A stretch of DNA of 40,552 nucleotides from Deltaproteobacteria bacterium (GCA_013205435.1 JABMMX010000056.1:1-40552), one strand, 5' to 3'; positions 18,417-27,679 are shown, counted from the first letter of the stretch. The notes: a model not told the origin generated them from the letters alone. Made by a program: numbers and translations.

Positions 18417-21107
18417 ATGGCTCTGGATTTCAAGGCAACCAAGACCTGGAGCGCCATCGCGAAGGTGGGCCTCGTGCTCTTCCTCCTCGCGGGCGGTTCG
18501 TTGCTCTACCCCGTACTGCTGTGTGCGCTCGGAGCAGCGACGGGCGGCGGTGCGGATTCGGGCTTCGGAGCCTGCGCTATCCAGCAGCCCATGCTCCAAT
18601 CACCGGGCTTCGCGGCGGCCGTCTCCGTCATCGGCATCGCGGTCTTCGTGCTTGGCACCTACCAGGCTCGCAATGTGGGCCGCTTTGTGCCACCGAAACC
18701 CGGCACCAGCAAGGCCATGCCGAGCATCCCTGCATCGCCCAAGTTCACAACGGCCAACCCTGCCTTTGCTGCGCAGTCGCACGCCGGCCACGCCACGCTT
18801 GCAACGCCCGCCGCCAGCACGGGTTCTGCCCCCAAAATTGTCCGTCCCCACGCAACGGGCGGCGCCAACCGCGCCGAGCGCGACCCTGCAGACCGCTGGG
18901 CGACGGGCTCCAAGCAGTCCACAACCTTCAGCGACAACCCCTTCGCTGACGACGGGAGCAACCCCTTCGCTGACGCCGGCAGCAATCCGTTCGGCGACAC
19001 CGATACGGGCGGAATCTCCTCTGCCAACCCCTTCGCCGACCAGCATTTTGGCGGGCCAACACCGGCCTCGAGCGGCGCGACCTCGGAGCCCGAGAGCTTC
19101 CAGTCCTTCGCAGACGACCCGTTTGGCATCGAAGAGCCGGTGGGCGTGGGCCTTGGCTTCGGAGACCCGTTCGGCGTGAACGACGGCATGAGCGGTGCCG
19201 ACTCGCTCGACGCCGAGCTCGGCCTGTCAGGTGGCACCGAGATGGCGACGCCACTCACGCCGCCGTCGCAGATTGCGACGCTCTTCGCGCCTCCAACAAC
19301 GGCCGCGATCATCACCCCTCCTCTGCCGACCCGCGACGACAAAGACAAACTCGACTTCAACCTCGACCTTGGCCTCAACGACCCCAAGCTTCGGACGACA
19401 GCCGCCCATGCGGTGGTCGAAACGCCCGTGGTTACATCACCAGCTACGTCGCGCCTGCCGGCTCCCAGTGCCCCGACTCGTCCGGCCGCGCGCCCCGTCT
19501 ATGCGGAGCCAGAACTTCAAGGTGTTCGGCTCGCGCCAAACCTAGCCTTCGGAGAGGAGATCGCCTTCGAGATCCGGGGCAAGCACCTCATGCACGAGGC
19601 CAAGAGCGAGGCCACGGTGCAGCTGGCTTACATCGACCCTACCCGCGGTGTGACGCCCCTCTGGAGCCCGCCCCGTCCGCTGCACGAGTTTGCCGGCGCG
19701 CGCGAACTCGAGCGATCCCCGAAGGCCGTGCTTCGCGTGGCCTGGGAGTCCGTATCCGCCACGATCGTCTCGCTTGCGTCGGCGCCGGGCGCCGGCCCGG
19801 GCCGCATCCGGCTGCTGGTCGCGACCAACCGCTCGGAGGAGATCTCGGCAGCCCCCATCTCCGACAGCCTTGCCGTAGACCTCGCCATCCGCGGTGGCGC
19901 GCTCTTTCGGCCCACGACAGCGTCGCTCCGCGCTCCCGACGGCACCGTCTACGGTATCGGCATTGCGCCAGAAGCCGGCACAGCAAGCATCCGCATCCCA
20001 GACCTCGGAACGGGAAGCTTCGAACTCGAACTACACGACGGCTCTCTGCTGGCGTTGCCCGGTCAACAGCCCTCCAAAACCGTTCAGATCTCCACGCGCG
20101 GCGCGACAGCTGGTTCACTGGATGGCGTAGCGCGCATTACGGTGGTCCAACCCTGCCTCCTGCAAGTGCAGGCGGGCAGCGTAGCCGGCGATGGCTCAGC
20201 GGAGCGTCCCTTCGGCTCCATTGCCGAGGCCGTGTCGCGGCTGCAGGCCGACCGCGCAGCCCCCGACCCGGCGGTGCGCGAGCGGGCGCAGCTCGGCGAG
20301 ATCCGCATCGCCCCTGCCCAAGGGTTGCCCGAGGAGCGACCGCATCAGGCTGCCAGTTCGGGCAATACCCCCTGGTTCAACTGGTGGCGCAGCCATACCC
20401 CAAACACCCAGGTTGCCTGGTTCGACGGAGACGCCGCCACCGCGCGCGCTTCGCACCAGTTCTATCTCGAAGGCGCCCTGCAGGAAGATGTGGTCATCGA
20501 AGGAATGACCCACCTCCGCATCGTGAACGCGGCCTACGCCGAGCTGCGCGAACTCGCGGCGGTCAATACCGGCGAGGCGGCCCGCATCGACGAAGAGTAT
20601 GCCCTGCTACCCTTTACAGTACTCGCTCGTCCGCGTGAGGCGCTCACCCGCTCCTACCGGCTCGAGATTCGCGGCTGCCGCGATGTGTTGGTGGAGGGCC
20701 TCTTCCTGTTCGGCAACGAGTCGCAGAGCGGCGCTCTGATCACCGGCTCTGCCTCGGTGACGCTCAAGCGCTGCATCTTCGCCTTCTTCGCGGCAGGCCC
20801 GACCAAGATTGCGGGCACCTTCGCCGTGGGCCGCGGACTGATGATCGACAAGTCGGGGCTCACAGGCCCAGCCGATGGCATCCGCCTCGACCAGTGCGAG
20901 TTCGGCTGGAACACGGCGGTCCGCAAGAGCGTACAGGTGCGAGCAGCCGCGCTTGCCGTCTACGGCTCCGCTGTAGCCCTCTCACGATGCTACGCCCACC
21001 ACAATCGGGCCGACCTCGAGCCCGCCGACATCATGGCAGACGCCCCCTCGACGCTCTCGGGCGACGCAAACAACCACCGTGAAGCCAACACGGTTTTTAA
21101 GGCTTAG
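18417..21107 (+). CDS. Hypothetical membrane protein: two N-terminal TMs, low-complexity NPF/DPF linker, C-terminal DUF1565/right-handed beta-helix-like region
   Basis: Two hydrophobic segments at the N-terminus; 'GDGSAERPFGSIAEAV' is a DUF1565-type motif; pectin-lyase-like repeats (VTLKRCIF, IRLDQCEFGWNTA, VALSRCYAHHNRA). Confidence 0.65.
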   Translation: MALDFKATKTWSAIAKVGLVLFLLAGGSLLYPVLLCALGAATGGGADSGFGACAIQQPMLQSPGFAAAVSVIGIAVFVLGTYQARNVGRFVPPKPGTSKAMPSIPASPKFTTANPAFAAQSHAGHATLATPAASTGSAPKIVRPHATGGANRAERDPADRWATGSKQSTTFSDNPFADDGSNPFADAGSNPFGDTDTGGISSANPFADQHFGGPTPASSGATSEPESFQSFADDPFGIEEPVGVGLGFGDPFGVNDGMSGADSLDAELGLSGGTEMATPLTPPSQIATLFAPPTTAAIITPPLPTRDDKDKLDFNLDLGLNDPKLRTTAAHAVVETPVVTSPATSRLPAPSAPTRPAARPVYAEPELQGVRLAPNLAFGEEIAFEIRGKHLMHEAKSEATVQLAYIDPTRGVTPLWSPPRPLHEFAGARELERSPKAVLRVAWESVSATIVSLASAPGAGPGRIRLLVATNRSEEISAAPISDSLAVDLAIRGGALFRPTTASLRAPDGTVYGIGIAPEAGTASIRIPDLGTGSFELELHDGSLLALPGQQPSKTVQISTRGATAGSLDGVARITVVQPCLLQVQAGSVAGDGSAERPFGSIAEAVSRLQADRAAPDPAVRERAQLGEIRIAPAQGLPEERPHQAASSGNTPWFNWWRSHTPNTQVAWFDGDAATARASHQFYLEGALQEDVVIEGMTHLRIVNAAYAELRELAAVNTGEAARIDEEYALLPFTVLARPREALTRSYRLEIRGCRDVLVEGLFLFGNESQSGALITGSASVTLKRCIFAFFAAGPTKIAGTFAVGRGLMIDKSGLTGPADGIRLDQCEFGWNTAVRKSVQVRAAALAVYGSAVALSRCYAHHNRADLEPADIMADAPSTLSGDANNHREANTVFKA
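18936..19175 (+). repeat. Coding repeat of NPF(A/G)D (24-nt period) plus DPF motifs
   Basis: AACCCCTTCGCTGAC at 18936 and 18960, AATCCGTTCGGCGAC at 18984, AACCCCTTCGCCGAC at 19026; DPF codons at 19116 and 19164. Confidence 0.85.
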
Positions 21108-21822
21108 CGAGCGGCCCTCCGAGGCCCCGCAGGCTCAGGCGATAGGGGAGATGCGACGCCGCGTCGGATCTCGACCGCACCGTGACCGTGACGTTGTTCC
21201 CGCCGCCGGGCACGATGACCGAGGTGCCCTCCCCCGCAAGCGATGCGGCCTGCGCGCGAAGGTTGGCTCCCTCATTCACCCGCAGCTCCCACGCCACCCC
21301 TGGAACGCCTGTGAGGCGCAGTTCGGTGCCAGCTCCGCCCTGCGGGGAGACGAGGTAGGTATCGATGTCGGCGGGCCACCCGATGACGCCTGTGCAGCCA
21401 GCGCTCGAACAGATCGACGGCGCTCCAGCAAGCGCCTCGTCCTCTTCGGAATCGAACTCCGGCCGAAGTCTCATGCGGTACCAGAGCGTCGCTGCCGGCA
21501 CCGTGCTTGGAAGCGTGAGCGCGACCGACAGAGGCCCATGGGCATGAAGCCCGAAGAGCCCTTCGGTGGCAGCGTGAAGTCGTCCTGCAGCGAGCTCCCG
21601 GCCGTCGGCGACGAGCAACCATGTGGTGTCCTCCACAACGCCGCGGAGCTCCAGCTCACCGCGCTGGTCGGCCGCAACCGCAGGGAGCAAAATGGCGGTC
21701 GCCTCGCCGGGCTCCAATGACAGCGCTGTCCAGGAGCCTGCCAGATCGGGCTCCTGTGATGGCGCGGCGCATCCCGCGAACGCAAGGATCGCACACGAGC
21801 AGGCGATGCGGAGGGCCTGCAT
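21097..21822 (-). CDS. Hypothetical lipoprotein with a PPC-like beta-sandwich
   Basis: MQALRIACSCAILAFAG-C lipobox; 'EFDSEEDE...A...GVIGWPADIDTY' resembles the E-P-N-D...G.I...D.D.Y pattern of PPC domains. Starts 4 nt after the upstream stop. Confidence 0.7.
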   Translation of the reverse strand: MQALRIACSCAILAFAGCAAPSQEPDLAGSWTALSLEPGEATAILLPAVAADQRGELELRGVVEDTTWLLVADGRELAAGRLHAATEGLFGLHAHGPLSVALTLPSTVPAATLWYRMRLRPEFDSEEDEALAGAPSICSSAGCTGVIGWPADIDTYLVSPQGGAGTELRLTGVPGVAWELRVNEGANLRAQAASLAGEGTSVIVPGGGNNVTVTVRSRSDAASHLPYRLSLRGLGGPLAKP

Positions 21823-21826
21823 CCTG

Positions 21827-23173
21827 CTAGCGGAGGAGGTACCAGGCGATCGCGGCGAGGACCAGGACCGTCGCGATACCTGCCACCCAGAGGACCGCGT
21901 TGTCGCGGCGGACGGGCGCTGGCTCACGCGATTCGCTCCGTTCTGGCGCTGCCGCCTGCGCTTCGCGGCGCGCGGGCTCACGCTGCCCGGGATGGGACTC
22001 CACCCGTGGCACCGCCCCCGTCTGGTAGCGCTTGGTCTTCTCCGGTGCCGGCATTTCGGTTTTGGCATGCGAGAGGTCTGCGGCGCTGTAGGCAGTCCGA
22101 GTGCTGGAGGAATCAGGCACGACGCTCTCGGGGCCCATGAAGAGGGTCTCGTTGGAGGCGGGGGGCGCCGGGGCAGGCGCGGGGGCGGGGCGGGGCGGGG
22201 CCGCCTTGGGCTCCGCTGGCTTCACAGCCGCCACGGCCGCTGCTGCGGCCTGCTCGAGCCACTCCGAAGACATCAACAGAGTACCGGCCGAGGTCGCGGG
22301 CGGCGCGACGGGCACAGGCGCTGCAACAGGCGGCGGCGCAGAGGCTGCGCTCGCCAGCCTTGCCTCTGCCCGCGCGGAGGCCTGCTGCTGCTCCTCTTCC
22401 AACGCAGCAAGAGCCGCAGAGCGGGCGTCGGCAGAGATACCCGCGGTAGCGGCAAAGGCAGCATCGACCTCGTCGGGCTCAGATGGATCCTCCATCTCAG
22501 CCTCCTCGCTGACGGCGCTGAGGCTACTCGTCACCTGCCCGAGAACGTTCGAGAGCGGGTCGGGCTCAGACGCCTGCTCCAACTCAGCCTCGACGCCGGC
22601 GGCGTTGAGGCTGCTCGTCACCTGCCCGAAAACGCTCGAGAATGCATCGCCCAAATCATCTGCATCGAAGAGCATCGTTGCACTGCTCTGCGCCGGCACG
22701 GAACTCTCGGTTACGCCTGCCTCCACGACAGACTCAGGCTCAGACGCAGGCGCAGGTTCCTGTTGGACCGCAGCCTCTGGCACGGGCGCCGCCTCCGCTT
22801 CGCCGCTGAGGAGTTTGTCGAGGTCGCCGAAGTCGGCGAGGGTCATCAGCATCGTACCGTTGGCCGGAGGCTCGTTGCTGTCTGCCGGAGCAGGAAGCAC
22901 GGGCGCAGCAGCGGTCGAGCCACGCTGGCGCGGCGGAGGAAGCGGAGCTGACCGCTGCGTCACATGCTTCGGTGCAACCTCGGCTGCACCCGTAACTCGC
23001 TCCTCCACCGAGGCGATGGCCGCATCGAGCTGCGCAAGTTCATCGGCTCCGAAGGAGAGCCCCACCATCGTCCGCTCTCCGGCAGCGGCCGGCCTGTCTG
23101 TCGGCGGCGCCTCCGTGCTCTCGAGCGGCAGTCCGGGCAACCCAAAAACCGTCTTCTCATTTTCGCTGGCCAC
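21827..23173 (-). CDS. Low-complexity acidic/Pro-rich protein with C-terminal TM anchor
   Basis: GTG start with GGAG SD; long Ala/Glu/Pro-rich body; terminal AVLWVAGIATVLVLAAIAWYLLR helix. Confidence 0.75.
   Translation of the reverse strand: MASENEKTVFGLPGLPLESTEAPPTDRPAAAGERTMVGLSFGADELAQLDAAIASVEERVTGAAEVAPKHVTQRSAPLPPPRQRGSTAAAPVLPAPADSNEPPANGTMLMTLADFGDLDKLLSGEAEAAPVPEAAVQQEPAPASEPESVVEAGVTESSVPAQSSATMLFDADDLGDAFSSVFGQVTSSLNAAGVEAELEQASEPDPLSNVLGQVTSSLSAVSEEAEMEDPSEPDEVDAAFAATAGISADARSAALAALEEEQQQASARAEARLASAASAPPPVAAPVPVAPPATSAGTLLMSSEWLEQAAAAAVAAVKPAEPKAAPPRPAPAPAPAPPASNETLFMGPESVVPDSSSTRTAYSAADLSHAKTEMPAPEKTKRYQTGAVPRVESHPGQREPARREAQAAAPERSESREPAPVRRDNAVLWVAGIATVLVLAAIAWYLLR
22466..22639 (-). 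repeat. Tandem 87-nt (29-aa) coding duplication
   Basis: SSVFGQVTSSLNAAGVEAELEQASEPDPL / SNVLGQVTSSLSAVSEEAEMEDPSEPDEV; at DNA level CTCGTCACCTGCCCGA recurs 87 nt apart. Confidence 0.85.
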
Positions 23174-23234
23174 GAGGCAACTCCGCTCGAGAAATGCTCA
23201 GTACCCTCTAGGACTTCGCCTCGGAGCGTGTCAA

Positions 23235-23603
23235 TCAGAGCCGCTGAACACGGAGTTCCGAGCGGCCCCCCGAAGCCCGCACCAGCACCTCGCACTGCGT
23301 AGCCAACCGGAGGTCGGCTGTATCGTGCGCAACCATCAGTTCAACTCGGACGCCGTGCCGCCGTCCGCTCTGCCGAAGCATGGCTGCCACCGCAGCGAGC
23401 AGCTCCAACCTCCGGTGCCAAGCAGCGGGCACGATGACCAGGTCGAAGTCCGCAGCCACGGCCTCGACTCCATCTTCCGAACTGGCGTCGAAGCAGACCC
23501 GCAACAGCGGCGCAGCCCTCCCGTCCGGCGCAGCTCCGCCCTCCGGTACGCCTTCGCCTCCATTCAGAATCCGCTCCCACCAAGCCATGCACGCTCGCAT
23601 CAT
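23235..23603 (-). CDS. Hypothetical protein (122 aa)
   Basis: Fills the gap between typA and the TM-anchored gene, co-oriented with the latter, with plausible globular composition. No recognisable motif. Confidence 0.35.
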   Translation of the reverse strand: MMRACMAWWERILNGGEGVPEGGAAPDGRAAPLLRVCFDASSEDGVEAVAADFDLVIVPAAWHRRLELLAAVAAMLRQSGRRHGVRVELMVAHDTADLRLATQCEVLVRASGGRSELRVQRL

Positions 23604-23795
23604 CTTCGACTCCTTCAGCAGAAAGCACCCTCACCATCATTGTCGGCGTTCCGCGCGCAATGTTGCACGGCTGTCGCAAAGTGGCCCGAATGGCCGAAAA
23701 CTGCCGCTTCTTCTTGTGACAGAGCCGCTCCCCCGTTAGGGGTGCGCGCCCCTCGCGTCCGCGGGGACCCCGCCCGTACCTCAGAGTGCCCCGTC

Positions 23796-25616
23796 ATGAA
23801 GAAGGCTGAGTTCATCCGCAACGTCGCAATCATCGCCCACGTCGACCACGGCAAAACGACGCTGGTCGACAAGCTACTGCGTCAGTCTGGCACCGTCGCC
23901 GCCCACAAGGAGATGGCCGAGCGGGCCATGGACAGCAACGATCAGGAGCGTGAGCGCGGCATCACCATCTTGGCCAAGTGCACCACGGTGAACTACAAGG
24001 CCGACAGCGGCGATATTTACACCCTCAACATCGTCGACACACCCGGACACGCCGACTTCGGTGGCGAGGTTGAGCGCGTCCTCAAGATGGTCGACTCGGT
24101 CCTCCTGCTTATCGACGCCGTCGAGGGGCCCATGCCCCAGACCCGCTTCGTGCTCCGGAAGTCGCTGGCGCTGGGCCTCAAGCCCATCGTGGTCATCAAC
24201 AAGATTGACCGCCCGAACGCCCGCCTCGATGAGGTGCTCAACATGTGCTTCGACCTCTTCGTCGCCCTCAAGGCCACGGACGAGCAGCTCGACTTCCCGG
24301 TCATCTACGCCTCTGCCAAGCAGGGCTACGCGATGAACGACCCGAAGGAGCCCGCGATCGACATGCGCCCCATCTTCGAGCGCATCATCAAGTCGGTGCC
24401 GGCACCCGACGCCGACGTCGACGCCCCCTTCTGCATGCAGGTCGCCACCCTCTCCTACGACGCATTCGTTGGTCGCTTGGCCGTCGGCCGCGTCTATGAC
24501 GGTCGCGTTACGGTCGGTTCGCGCGTGGCTGTTCTCGGCCAGAACGATGTGAACAGCTTCGGCCGCATTTCGAAGATTGTCCGCTTCCAGGGCCTTGAGC
24601 GGGTCGAGGCCAGCGAGGCCAAGGCCGGTGACATCATCATGATCGCAGGTCTGGACACCGTCCTCCCCGGCGACACCATCGGCGCGCCGGACGGCACCAA
24701 GCGGCTTCCCGCAATGGAAATCGACGAGCCGACCATCAGCATGCTCTTCATGGTCAACACCTCGCCCTTCGCAGGCCGCGAGGGCAAGTTCGTCACCAGC
24801 CGCCACATCCGTGACCGGCTTATGCGCGAGCTCGAGGCCGACGTCTCGCTCCGCGTCGAAGACACCGAGTCTGCAGAGACCTTCCGCGTCTCCGGTCGCG
24901 GCGAGCTCCACCTCTCGGTCCTCCTCGAGCGTATGCGCCGCGAGGGCTACGAGCTCGCGGTTTCGCAGCCCAAGGTCATTCTCAAGAAGGACGAGAAGGG
25001 CCACACCCTCGAGCCCATGGAAATCGTCGTCGTCGAGTGCGGCGAAGACTACCAGGGCACCGTCATCAACAAGCTCAGCATGCGCAAGGGCGAGCTCAAG
25101 GTGCTTGAGCCCTCGGGCGACGGCATGTGCCGCATGGAGTACCTCATCCCGTCGCGCGGCCTTATCGGCTTCCGCAGCGAGTTCCTTACCGACACGCGCG
25201 GCACCGGCGTGCTCTACTCGAACTTCGACCACTACGCCCCCTTCCGCGGCGATATCGGCGGCCGTGCAAACGGCGCTCTCGTCGCGCTCGAGCCGGGCGA
25301 CACCACCGCCTACGCGCTCTACCGCCTGCAGGACCGCGGCCTCATGTTCATGGGCGCGGCAGAGAACGTCTACGGCGGCCAGATCATCGGTCAGCACGCC
25401 AAGGAGAACGACCTCGTCATCAACCCCTGCACCAAGAAGGCGCTCACCAACATCCGTTCGGCCGGCGCCGACGAGAAGTTGACGCTCGTTCCTCCGCGGC
25501 TCCACACGCTTGAGTCTGCGCTCGAGTGGATTGACGACGATGAGCTTGTCGAGGTCACCCCGAGCAGCATCCGTATCCGCAAGGCCGTCCTCGACCACAA
25601 CCGCCGCAAGCGCTAG
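23796..25616 (+). CDS. typA: Translational GTPase TypA/BipA
   Basis: [76 protein letters not shown]. True start is ATG 23796. Confidence 0.97.
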   Translation: MKKAEFIRNVAIIAHVDHGKTTLVDKLLRQSGTVAAHKEMAERAMDSNDQERERGITILAKCTTVNYKADSGDIYTLNIVDTPGHADFGGEVERVLKMVDSVLLLIDAVEGPMPQTRFVLRKSLALGLKPIVVINKIDRPNARLDEVLNMCFDLFVALKATDEQLDFPVIYASAKQGYAMNDPKEPAIDMRPIFERIIKSVPAPDADVDAPFCMQVATLSYDAFVGRLAVGRVYDGRVTVGSRVAVLGQNDVNSFGRISKIVRFQGLERVEASEAKAGDIIMIAGLDTVLPGDTIGAPDGTKRLPAMEIDEPTISMLFMVNTSPFAGREGKFVTSRHIRDRLMRELEADVSLRVEDTESAETFRVSGRGELHLSVLLERMRREGYELAVSQPKVILKKDEKGHTLEPMEIVVVECGEDYQGTVINKLSMRKGELKVLEPSGDGMCRMEYLIPSRGLIGFRSEFLTDTRGTGVLYSNFDHYAPFRGDIGGRANGALVALEPGDTTAYALYRLQDRGLMFMGAAENVYGGQIIGQHAKENDLVINPCTKKALTNIRSAGADEKLTLVPPRLHTLESALEWIDDDELVEVTPSSIRIRKAVLDHNRRKR

Positions 25617-26662
25617 GGCTCCGCGCCCTTCCGCTCCGAGCGCCACGACAGCCCCACAAAGGCGATGTGGCGCTCGAAATCGTTTTGGGCCGAGCTCTCC
25701 GCTCCCAGCCGCTGCAGGTAGCGCTGGTAGCGACCCTCGAGGCCCCAGCCCCCGACGAGCGGTTGCTCGATCGCGATGCTCACCTGGTTGCGGTCTTCGT
25801 CCTCTACGGCCAGCTCCACAACCGAGCCTGCGCCGTCGTAGGCAACGCGCTGCAGCACCCCGCTCAGGCGCCCCACTGCATCGCCCCAGAGGAGCCCGCC
25901 AAGGGTGAGTTCCGCCGTCTCGTGAAGGTAGTCGCCACCGCCCGAGGCATCGCTGCCTGCCGACGCGGCCGTCGCCGAGCCGGCGATCGAGGCAACCCAA
26001 CGCCCGGCATCATACTGCAACTTCGCACCCGTCGACTGCGTCAGGCTCTCGGTCAGCAGGACAGGCGCATCTGCGCTCATGCGGAGCGACGGCTCGTAGG
26101 AGGCGCTGAGCGTTACCGCTTCGCTCGGAGCATAGCTGAGCGTCAGCGCTGCGGTCGGCCCATGCCAGCTCCGGCCACTGTCGGCGGCGTAACCGAACGC
26201 GGCGTAGCCCGCCGCGGCCTCGAACGTGACCTGCTCCCAGGCGCGCGTGCTGCCGACGGTGGCGGCGACCCGCTCATAGTCGCGGGTCATGCCTAGGCCA
26301 TCATCGCCGGGGGCCTCGCTGCGGCCGCGGAACTCCGCGTAGGTGCGGTGGCTCCAGTCGCCGCCACTCGTCCAGTCCAGCCCCCCGCCAACACGCCAGA
26401 CCGCCGCCCAGTCTGCACGGAGCGGCAGCCAGCGCGCCCCTACCTGCGCCTCTGTCGTCAGCAGGCCGTCAGGCCAGGCCAACCGTTCATCCACGTAAGA
26501 AATGGTCCCCTTGGGCCCTGCGACCACGCCCTCTTCGGCGCCAAAGAGGCGCGCTGGATTGCTATCGGACTCCGCGCCGAGCCGGAGAATGAGCTGCCTC
26601 TCCGCGGCCGATGCGACAGCAGGAAGAAGAAGCGAAGCCAAGAGCAGGAGATGCCTAACCAT
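25613..26662 (-). CDS. Putative outer-membrane beta-barrel protein
   Basis: Sec signal MVRHLLLLASLLLPAVASA; 'LGAESDSNP' start typical of barrel proteins; alternating amphipathic strands rich in Y/W/G; last strand HIAFVGLSW. Confidence 0.65.
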   Translation of the reverse strand: MVRHLLLLASLLLPAVASAAERQLILRLGAESDSNPARLFGAEEGVVAGPKGTISYVDERLAWPDGLLTTEAQVGARWLPLRADWAAVWRVGGGLDWTSGGDWSHRTYAEFRGRSEAPGDDGLGMTRDYERVAATVGSTRAWEQVTFEAAAGYAAFGYAADSGRSWHGPTAALTLSYAPSEAVTLSASYEPSLRMSADAPVLLTESLTQSTGAKLQYDAGRWVASIAGSATAASAGSDASGGGDYLHETAELTLGGLLWGDAVGRLSGVLQRVAYDGAGSVVELAVEDEDRNQVSIAIEQPLVGGWGLEGRYQRYLQRLGAESSAQNDFERHIAFVGLSWRSERKGAEP

Positions 26663-26794
26663 CGCTCGCACCGTAGCGCAGCGCTGCCAGCCGTGCCACT
26701 TCCATCGCGGAGGCGAATCGCCGCACCGTTGTTGCCCCATCGCCGCCGCCGCTCTAGCATGACGCGCCCTCGCCCCGAACCTCAAGGTCGCCAC

Positions 26795-27679
26795 ATGCGC
26801 AGTTCCATCATCGTGCTTGTCGCCTGTCTGGCCGCCTGCTCCTCCAAGGAGAGTGTGAGCACCGGAGACTCGGACGCAGGGAGCGGGCAAGACACCTCCG
26901 CCGGCTCGGGTGACGCGACGGGCTCTGGTTCGGGGAACGATGCCGACACGACGCCTGAAGACACCGGCGCATCGGCCTGCGAGCTCACGCTGCCGCCCGC
27001 GACCGGAACCGCCTGCGACTGCCTCGGCGCAACCCGAGACTTCCCCTTCAATGCCACGGGCCCGCTCACCTGCAGCTGCACCGACAGAGGCTGGGCCTGC
27101 GCGGCCGTCGAGCCAGAACCCGATACGACAGCCGATGACACCACCGCAGACACAGCGGTCGACGACACCACGCCCGACGACACCACGCCCGACGACACCG
27201 CCGCAGATACAGCGGTCGACGACACCACCGACGACACCACCGCAGACACGACGCCGGATACCACGCCCGTAGGCCCCTGCGAGGCAGGCGGCGGCGTCTG
27301 CATCGGCATGGGCGGTCCCTGCGAGACCGTGGGCGGCACTCCCTACCCCGCAGGCAACAGCCAGTGTGTCTTCACCGGAGAGCTCGGAAGCTGCTGCGTG
27401 CCACCGCCTGCACAGCCCACGGGCGACACCTGCGCAGACCGCGGCGGCGTCTGCGCCCCCATCGCCGGCTGCAACTTCACCAACAGCGCCTTCGCGCCCA
27501 CCCCGACCCCCAGCTGCGGCTTCGGCGGCATCATCTGCTGCGTGCCCAACACCGTCTGCGGCGAAGAGACCATGCGCTGCTGCGACACGATGACCTCCTT
27601 CCGCCCCGCCTGCGACCGCGGGCAATGGATCTGCACCATCGACGGCACCACCATGCTGCCGATCTCCGAGTGCCCCTAG
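26795..27679 (+). CDS. Cys-rich lipoprotein with Asp/Thr stalk and tandem six-Cys modules
   Basis: MRSSIIVLVACLAA-C lipobox; Gly/Ser/Asp linker; DTT repeats; more than 20 Cys in discrete modules. Confidence 0.8.
   Translation: MRSSIIVLVACLAACSSKESVSTGDSDAGSGQDTSAGSGDATGSGSGNDADTTPEDTGASACELTLPPATGTACDCLGATRDFPFNATGPLTCSCTDRGWACAAVEPEPDTTADDTTADTAVDDTTPDDTTPDDTAADTAVDDTTDDTTADTTPDTTPVGPCEAGGGVCIGMGGPCETVGGTPYPAGNSQCVFTGELGSCCVPPPAQPTGDTCADRGGVCAPIAGCNFTNSAFAPTPTPSCGFGGIICCVPNTVCGEETMRCCDTMTSFRPACDRGQWICTIDGTTMLPISECP
27122..27268 (+). repeat. Coding Asp-Thr-Thr repeat tract (GACGACACCAC-type units)
   Basis: DTTADDTTADTAVDDTTPDDTTPDDTAADTAVDDTTDDTTADTTPDTTP; includes exact 15-nt tandem GACGACACCACGCCC units. 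Confidence 0.85.

Noticed and set aside
22101-23795. Apparent 565-aa N-terminal extension fused to TypA (1171-aa ORF)
   Set aside because: It is largely the antisense shadow of the minus-strand gene 21827-23173 plus intergenic sequence; TypA homology starts at ATG 23796.
23874-26000. 708-aa minus-strand ORF, and similar long ORFs at 14853-16034, 16950-18191, 33905-35224 and 39834-40547
   Set aside because: Shadow ORFs opposite well-supported genes, expected from high-GC codon bias; no motifs.
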